The notes under the pieces: generated by a model
Databases searched by the model: none
What the model was told of the DNA's origin: nothing
What the model saw: the letters and a program-made list of their open reading frames with translations, nothing else
In this document: positions 57,909 to 64,000 of the stretch, in pieces
Numbering within the stretch: position 1 is the first letter of the stretch
Layout of the letters: each line of letters opens with the position of its first letter
Origin: Candidatus Poribacteria bacterium
GTDB taxonomy: Bacteria; Poribacteria; WGA-4E; WGA-3G
Assembly: GCA_965215265.1 (NCBI GenBank)
Contig: OZ244048.1
Coordinates: 2,432,001-2,496,000 of the forward strand
DNA length: 64,000 nucleotides
Direction: 5' to 3'
Position numbers and translations under genes: made by a program

Positions 57909-60900
57909 TTATGAACATCCGCTGGTCGCCCCGCAATTGGTGCAACGGTAGCAGACACCGCTCCGCATCATTAAGGCACCGCACTCGAGGCACGGTGGCG
58001 CATCGGCGTGCTGCAGTGCCACCTGCTTTTCACGGGCTAACCACGAATCTGTATCCCCATTACTGCCGTGGCCGAGTGGGTGCAATTGTTCTGGGGGTAC
58101 CATCTGGTTATCAAATTGCGAAATGTCCTCGGGTTCTTGCACTGCTTCAGGTAGAAATTTTTTCCCTAACCATCGGTAGACGTAATCCATAATTGATTTC
58201 GCCATGGGGATTTCGGGGTTGTTAGTGAAGCCGGAGGGTTCAAACCGTACGTGGCTAAATTTATTGACGAGCGACTCCAAAGGGACACCGTACTGTAAAG
58301 CGACTGAGGTGAGGATGGCTACCGAGTCCATCAGTCCGGAGATAACGGACCCTTCCTTGTTCATACGGAGGAAGACTTCGCCGGGCGTTCCATCTTCGTA
58401 TAGTCCGACGTGAATGTATCCCTCGTGGCCGCCGATGCTGAACTTGTGAGCGATGGCGGTGCGTTCGTCGGGCAACCGTTTCCTGACCGGTCGTTCTATG
58501 GGTACCTCGACGACATCACTCTCAACGAGTTCGGCGGTGTCGTTGGTGGAGATATCCTGCTGACTGCGTGTTGAGAGAGGTTGGCTGCCTTTGCTGCCGT
58601 CCCGGTAAACGGCGAGGCACTTGATGCCGCGCTTCCACGCTTCAACGTATAGCATCTTAATATCGTCTACGGTTGCATCATTGGGGATGTTGACGGTTTT
58701 AGAGATTGCGCCGGATATAAACGGCTGCACGGCTGCCATCAATTCAACAGGTGCCATGTGGTTGATGTAGCGTGTGCCGTGCTTCCCGCATTGCACTGCA
58801 CAATCAAAGACCGGATAGTGCGAAGTTGCTAGATGCGGTGCGCCCTCGACGGTTCCAGTACCACAGATAATCTCCTCAGCGGATTCAATCTCGCTTGTGC
58901 TGTATCCAATTTCTAAGAGTAGGTTAAAATTAGGCGCTGATGCCTCTTCCATGGTGATTCCTAACCGTTCGAGGCATTCTTCGCCGAGGAATCCGGGGGC
59001 AAAGGCGTGGTTAAGTTCAAACACGCTCGCCAACATCGGTTCTACGCGTGCTAGGTCTTCGTTCGTGAAACCTTTACGTTTAAGGGATTCTGAGTTGATG
59101 TACGGTGTGCCTTTCAAGGTGCCGGTGCCGACGATATGCGTGATAATAGCTTCTATCTGTTGCAGTGAGTACCCCAATTTTTCGAGTGCCTTGCGCACGC
59201 TCTGGTTGACAATTTTCATGTACCCGCCGCCTGCAAGTTTTTTAAATTTGACGAGAGCGAATTCTGGTTCGATGCCGGTTGTATCGCAATCCATCAGCAG
59301 TGCAATTGTCCCTGTTGGTGCGAGAACGCTAATCTGTGCATTCCGGTATCCGTACTGTTTCCCTTTCTCAAGGCAGCGAGCCCAATCAGTATGTGCGGCT
59401 TCAAGCAGCGCCGGAGGGCAGACATCCGCATCAATTTGGTATGCAGCATCGCGGTGCATGCGGATAACGTCTAACATGGAATCGCGGTTTTGCCCATACC
59501 CCGAAAAAGCGCCGATGCTTTTTGCGATTTCTGCGCTCGTTAGGTAGCCGTGCCCACTCATGATGGCAGTGATTGCACCGGCGTAAGCACACGCTTCAGC
59601 ACTAGAGTATGGTATGCCTAAACGCATCAAGAACGCGCCGAGGTTCGCATACCCAAGCCCAAGCGGACGGTAATCGTGAGAGCGTTTTGTGATTTTGGCT
59701 GTCGGATAGGAGGAGATATCTACGATGATTTCCATGGCTGTGATAAAGACGCGCACTGCAGCACGGAATCCTGCGATGTCAAATTCGTCATCGTCATTGA
59801 GGAACTTGACGAGATTGATGCTGGCGAGGTTGCAGGCGGAATCATCGAGGAATAGGTATTCGCTACACGGATTACTGGCGTTGATGCGGTCGGTGTTCTT
59901 ACAAGTATGCCATTTCTGAATTGTATCGTCGAACTGTACGCCTGGGTCGGCGCAATCCCAGGCGGCTTGCGCGATTTTATCCATCAATGTTCTGGCATCG
60001 TATTCTGCGGCAACTTCGCCGCTGGTTCGGTATGTTGTTTTCCAAGCATCGCCTTGGAGGTAGGCGTTCATAAAGATGTCGGGGATTCGGACGGAGTTAT
60101 TGCTGTTTTGCCCGCTGATGGTACTGTATGCCTCACCGTTGAAATCGGCTGGGTATCCGGCGGCGATGAGTGCTTTTGCTTTCTGTTCTTCCCGCTTTTT
60201 CCAATTGATGTATTCCACGATTTCGGGGTGATCCATGTCGAGGATGACCATTTTTGCAGCGCGTCGCGTGGTCCCACCGGATTTGATGCTGCCGGCCCAC
60301 CGGTCAAATCCTTCAAGGAAGGATAGCACCCCAGAGCTTTCGCCGCCACTGGAGAGGTGTTCGCCTTTTGCACGGACCTTGCTAAAATTAGAACCGGTCC
60401 CGCTCCCGTATTTAAAAAGCCGCACCTCTGATTTTTGGAGCTCAAGCATAGAATCCAAAGAATCGTCGACGCTCTGAATGAAACAGGCTGAGTTCTGCGG
60501 ATATTGATATGAGTTTGTAGAGAGTGAAACGTTTTGTGTGGTTCGGTTCCAGTGATAATTGCCACCGCCGCCTTCAATACCGTATTCGTGCCATAGTCCA
60601 CAGTTAAACCAGACCGGCGAGTTGAAGGCACCGCGCTGTGTGGCGAGGAGATGCGTCAGTTCCATCTCGAACGTCTCGGCATCTTCCGGTGACGCGAAAT
60701 AGCCGCCGAATTCTTCACCGGTGCGTCGAAGCGTGCGTGCGACACGCGTAACTAATTGCTGAACGCTGTTCTCTGACCCAACATCTGGGACACCGGCTTT
60801 GCGAAAATATTTAGAGGCAGCAATATCCGTCGCGAGTTGCGACCACGGAAGTGGTACCTCTACCTCGGACTGTTCGAAGATTACATCCCCTTTTTCGTTA

Positions 60901-61061
60901 TAGATGGCAGAATCCCGCGTATCCCATTCAATCTGTTCATAAGGGTGATTCTCCGGGGTAGTAAAGTAGCGGGTAAACTTCAAACCCGCCGCATCGCCTT
61001 CCTTGGTATTCTTCGGCGGCGGCGTTTCCTCATCAATACTTGAGTTATCACCATGTTTCAT
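57909..61061 (-). CDS. nrdJ: B12-dependent class II ribonucleotide reductase with a TSCPD/Zn-ribbon C-terminus
   Basis: FNSPVWFN, SACFI, SNPCSE, APTGTI, C-terminal CxxC...CxxC-TSGCS. Confidence 0.93.
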   Translation of the reverse strand: MKHGDNSSIDEETPPPKNTKEGDAAGLKFTRYFTTPENHPYEQIEWDTRDSAIYNEKGDVIFEQSEVEVPLPWSQLATDIAASKYFRKAGVPDVGSENSVQQLVTRVARTLRRTGEEFGGYFASPEDAETFEMELTHLLATQRGAFNSPVWFNCGLWHEYGIEGGGGNYHWNRTTQNVSLSTNSYQYPQNSACFIQSVDDSLDSMLELQKSEVRLFKYGSGTGSNFSKVRAKGEHLSSGGESSGVLSFLEGFDRWAGSIKSGGTTRRAAKMVILDMDHPEIVEYINWKKREEQKAKALIAAGYPADFNGEAYSTISGQNSNNSVRIPDIFMNAYLQGDAWKTTYRTSGEVAAEYDARTLMDKIAQAAWDCADPGVQFDDTIQKWHTCKNTDRINASNPCSEYLFLDDSACNLASINLVKFLNDDDEFDIAGFRAAVRVFITAMEIIVDISSYPTAKITKRSHDYRPLGLGYANLGAFLMRLGIPYSSAEACAYAGAITAIMSGHGYLTSAEIAKSIGAFSGYGQNRDSMLDVIRMHRDAAYQIDADVCPPALLEAAHTDWARCLEKGKQYGYRNAQISVLAPTGTIALLMDCDTTGIEPEFALVKFKKLAGGGYMKIVNQSVRKALEKLGYSLQQIEAIITHIVGTGTLKGTPYINSESLKRKGFTNEDLARVEPMLASVFELNHAFAPGFLGEECLERLGITMEEASAPNFNLLLEIGYSTSEIESAEEIICGTGTVEGAPHLATSHYPVFDCAVQCGKHGTRYINHMAPVELMAAVQPFISGAISKTVNIPNDATVDDIKMLYVEAWKRGIKCLAVYRDGSKGSQPLSTRSQQDISTNDTAELVESDVVEVPIERPVRKRLPDERTAIAHKFSIGGHEGYIHVGLYEDGTPGEVFLRMNKEGSVISGLMDSVAILTSVALQYGVPLESLVNKFSHVRFEPSGFTNNPEIPMAKSIMDYVYRWLGKKFLPEAVQEPEDISQFDNQMVPPEQLHPLGHGSNGDTDSWLAREKQVALQHADAPPCLECGALMMRSGVCYRCTNCGATSGCS

Positions 61062-61167
61062 AATCCCCTCCTTACAAAAACAGTTAGTAAACGTGCTTTA
61101 TATGATGTTAAATTACATAACCACTGCCTTTTCGATTTCCGCGCCTATAGAGAGGCCAATTTGCATT

Positions 61168-61418
61168 ACGTATGAAAAGGGAGAAATAAAAAGTCATATT
61201 ATTATAACAGAAAACACGTAATTTTTCAAACAAATTTTCAACAATTTAACTTTTCAACGTTGCACGTATGAAAAGGGAGAAATAAAAAGTCATATTATTA
61301 TAACAGAAAACACGTAATTTTTCAAACAAATTTTCAACAATTTAACTTTTCAACGTTGTACGAAAGGGAGAAATAAATAATCCTATACGTATTGTAAAAG
61401 AAAATACGTAATTTTTTG
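61168..61418 (-). repeat. 96-bp tandem duplication (plus a degenerate third copy) carrying the nrdJ promoter
   Basis: Copies start at 61168 and 61264; each carries minus-strand TTGAAA-N17-TATAAT. Confidence 0.9.
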
Positions 61419-61548
61419 GGGTAAGCGAGTTTTTGTCTTTTGTTGGGATGGCAGCGGGTGGCATCTGTGAAAGACGCACCCGGCTAACGCCAGAAGCAGG
61501 GGTAAAACTATAACGCAAAAAGAGGCCTTCGGTGCTGGGAGCATCGGG

Positions 61549-62580
61549 CTAGGGACGGAGGTCCCAGAGCAGCACGGTGTTATCATCACTCGCACTAGCG
61601 AGATACCTGCCATCAGGGCTGAACGCTATGCTACTGACAGCCCGCGTATGCCCGGCGAGAGTTTGGACGGGTTCGCCTGTGTTGACATCCCACAGACGAA
61701 CGGTGAAGGTGTCCCAACCTCCGCCACTAGCGAGATACTTGCCATCCGGACTGAACGCTACGCTTATGACATTCCGCGTATGCCCATTGAGAGTTTTGAG
61801 GGTATCGCCCGTGTTGACATCCCACAGACGAACGGGGTCGTCCCAACCTTCGCCGCTACTAGCGAGATACCTGCCATCAGGGCTGAACGCTACGCTCTTA
61901 ACCGGAAAAATATGCCCGTTGAGAGTTTTGAGGGTATCGCCCGTGTTGACATCCCACAGACGAACGGTGGTGTCATAACTCCCACTAGCGAGCGTGCGGC
62001 CATCTGAACTGAATGCTACGCTACTGACCCGACGCGTATGCGCGTTGAGAGTTTGGACGGTTTTGCCTGTCGCCACATCCCACAACCGAACGGTGCCGTC
62101 AAAATTTCCACTAGCGAGCGTGCGGCCATCTACGCTGAACGCTACGCTACTGACAGCGACATTGGGAATGCCGAACAACTTTAGGAGTGCGTGATACCAA
62201 TGCGCGTTGAGAGTTTGGATGGTTTTGCCTGTCGCCACATCCCACAGCCGAACGGTGCCGTCCGCACTCCCACTAGCGAGCGTGCGGCCATCTGGGCTGA
62301 ACGCTACGCTACTGACCCAATCCGTATGCCCTGTGAGTAAGTCGAGCGGCTCACCCGTCTCCGCCTCATTCAGCCAAATACCGATATCACTTGCCACTGC
62401 AAGCTGAGACCCATCCGGCGAATACCGCACTTCATTTACGCCACCTCTGCCGAGCCGGGCAATCGCACCCGCCGGTAAACCCAACAGCGTCTCCGCCGGA
62501 AACTGATCCGACGCAACTGGTAGGGAGGAACTTGACACGATAAGACTAAAAAAACAGAATAACGTTAAGTTCTTTTTCAT
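61549..62580 (-). CDS. Secreted WD40-repeat protein
   Basis: Signal peptide; about 7 GH...SVAFSPDG..LASG..D.TVRLWD repeats; RBS GGAGG. Confidence 0.92.
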   Translation of the reverse strand: MKKNLTLFCFFSLIVSSSSLPVASDQFPAETLLGLPAGAIARLGRGGVNEVRYSPDGSQLAVASDIGIWLNEAETGEPLDLLTGHTDWVSSVAFSPDGRTLASGSADGTVRLWDVATGKTIQTLNAHWYHALLKLFGIPNVAVSSVAFSVDGRTLASGNFDGTVRLWDVATGKTVQTLNAHTRRVSSVAFSSDGRTLASGSYDTTVRLWDVNTGDTLKTLNGHIFPVKSVAFSPDGRYLASSGEGWDDPVRLWDVNTGDTLKTLNGHTRNVISVAFSPDGKYLASGGGWDTFTVRLWDVNTGEPVQTLAGHTRAVSSIAFSPDGRYLASASDDNTVLLWDLRP

Positions 62581-62594
62581 CTTAATACCTCCAT

Positions 62595-62912
62595 TCATTG
62601 TGCGATAAATTCATCACGTAACAGTTGGAAATATTTCGATTCCCGCATCAGTCCCTCCGGTATCAGGCGTTTGAAAAGTGACGCGTCATGCACAACACTC
62701 CCAAACACCGACAGCGCACACAGTAAATCCCCTTGTGTCCCCTCATCTAAACCCGTACCTGTTGTCGCGGTTATACATCTTTGAATCCAACCCGCCGAGG
62801 TCACCTCTACTGGCGGTTTCATCAACTGCGTGAACGGCAACAGTCCCGGCGTATCCGCAGCCAAAATAGATTCACCGTCTACTTCTATCAGGCGGATAAC
62901 CTTATACCGCAC
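62595..62912 (-). pseudogene. Internal fragment of an rpn paralog
   Basis: Near-identical to 22315-22629 (RYKVIRLIEV...RDEFIAQ), then a stop. Confidence 0.85.
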
Positions 62913-62924
62913 TTTACTTCTTCT

Positions 62925-62954
62925 AGTATAGCAGCCTCGCTATTATTTTGTCAA
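62925..62954 (-). promoter_or_regulatory. Putative sigma70 promoter
   Basis: TTGACA-N18-TATACT on the minus strand. Confidence 0.6.
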
Positions 62955-63010
62955 GGCCGTCTCCAGATTTCGCTTCTCAAGGCGGCCTCGGTGCTTCTCT
63001 GCAGCCATCT

Positions 63011-63051
63011 CCTAAAAAACCAGGGGCAGCGACCGAAGATCGCTGCCCCTG
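63011..63051 (-). terminator. Rho-independent terminator
   Basis: 12-bp stem CAGGGGCAGCGA/TCGCTGCCCCTG followed by a T-tract on the minus strand. Confidence 0.75.
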
Positions 63052-63164
63052 ATTAGGTTAGGTGAGTTTAAATCTCGCTGAGGTGACTCTTGTGCCTTAA
63101 GCGTCGCCCGCCGTTGGGTGAGTTTACCGTCCGTGCTCAGATGCCCTTTCAAGCGGGTTGTCTG

Positions 63165-63998
63165 CTACGTGCCGGTGTGGTTGTCAGCTGCCTCCAGCTG
63201 CCGCACGAGTTCCGCGCGCACCTCTGGAGATAAATTCTGAATCTCCGCCGGGCTGAGTCCTTCGACGCGCTCCTCGGGGCTGAGTCCTTCGACGCGCTCC
63301 TCGGGGCTGAGTCCTTCGACGCGCTCCTCGGGGCTGAGTCCTTCGACGCGCTCCTCGGGACTCAGGCGTGCCAACATATCGGCCCGTTCTGCGGCGGGTA
63401 AACTCGCCAACATATCGGCCCGTTCTGCCGCAGATAACCTTGCTAACATGTCCGCACGAGCTTCAGCGGGCAGCCGTGCGAGCAGATCCGCCCGGTCTTG
63501 AGGACTCAAGCGGGCCAGCATGTCCGCACGCTCCTCCGATGTCAGTGCAGACAGCAGCTTCGGACCTAAAGTCGTCGCGACTTCGCGAAGACGACTCTGA
63601 AAGAAATCTTGACGGCCTTCCATTTCACAAACCTCCTCCGTGACTTCCGGCTGCAAATACAACGCGGAGTCAAAATATAACTTATTCTCTTCTGTTATCA
63701 CCCGCCGCAGGAACGCACGAAACTGTTTCTGCGACGACGCAAACAGCAGCAACCAATAATTCGGCTCAACCAGTGCCACTTCATTGCAAACCAACAGATG
63801 CACCGGCACGCCATCCATCAACCGATAATGCCCCGCCGCCAACGGCTCCCACGGCTCCCCAAAAGGTGGGCGGGAGAGCAGCGCCCGCGGCTTCCGAGAC
63901 GATACTATCGTCAGGGTTAACTCGGTTGCAGGCACCTGCTTATCTGCCAGATAACCACGCGCACGCATACAAATCCGGTGATACGCCGATTCATTCAA
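63165..63998 (-). CDS. Rpn-like/hypothetical protein with LSPEERVEG C-terminal repeats (5' truncated by the window)
   Basis: Open frame; 13-aa and 9-aa tandem repeats; internal GGAGGAGG+ATG at 63623. Confidence 0.65.
   Translation of the reverse strand: MNESAYHRICMRARGYLADKQVPATELTLTIVSSRKPRALLSRPPFGEPWEPLAAGHYRLMDGVPVHLLVCNEVALVEPNYWLLLFASSQKQFRAFLRRVITEENKLYFDSALYLQPEVTEEVCEMEGRQDFFQSRLREVATTLGPKLLSALTSEERADMLARLSPQDRADLLARLPAEARADMLARLSAAERADMLASLPAAERADMLARLSPEERVEGLSPEERVEGLSPEERVEGLSPEERVEGLSPAEIQNLSPEVRAELVRQLEAADNHTGT
63251..63358. repeat. 27-bp perfect tandem coding repeat, 4 copies
   Basis: GGCTGAGTCCTTCGACGCGCTCCTCGG at 63251, 63278, 63305 and 63332. Confidence 0.95.
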
Positions 63999-64000
63999 CG

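Noticed and set aside
57909-61061. Intein or intron in nrdJ
   Set aside because: Continuous ORF with no splicing motifs or homing endonuclease seen
61062-61167. NrdR boxes upstream of nrdJ
   Set aside because: No convincing match to the palindromic consensus by eye
61549-62400. Near-identical WD40 DNA repeats as DGR template/variable regions
   Set aside because: No reverse transcriptase in the window and differences are not evidently adenine-specific
63251-63358. Possible CRISPR array
   Set aside because: The 27-bp units are contiguous with no spacers and are in-frame coding repeats; no cas genes

Overview
Bacterial chromosomal window, probably Candidatus Poribacteria (inferred from the PhyH, LamG, LRR and WD40 secreted proteins and their C-terminal tails). 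Core content: a glycogen cluster (glgB, a GT3-like synthase, glgP, glgC, with hisB inserted); a 14-gene dcw cluster (rsmH-ftsL-ftsI-murE-hydrolase-murF-ddl-mraY-murD-ftsW-murG-murC-ftsQ-ftsA; no mraZ, murB or ftsZ); dtd; an alpha-keto acid decarboxylase; hydantoinase B; RNase P RNA; class II RNR nrdJ. Accessory content: orphan hsdS with an hsdR stub, a type II R-M-like pair, an orphan MTase, Rpn-like nucleases and several pseudogene scars. Most notable: (i) a modular family of palindromic MITE-like repeats, one copy of which is translated as the C-terminal tail of FtsI and another of which appears to supply the murC ribosome-binding site; (ii) Rpn-like genes with internal RBS+ATG before repeat tails (intragenic antitoxin architecture), lying beside orphaned secretion tails; (iii) an alpha/beta-hydrolase / membrane-anchored MurF / Ddl module inside dcw; (iv) a recurring C-terminal 'GKLxxTWxxxK' motif; (v) a di-heme cytochrome-LRR-cohesin-dockerin protein split at a G-run. 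All assignments come from motif recognition by eye; no searches were run.
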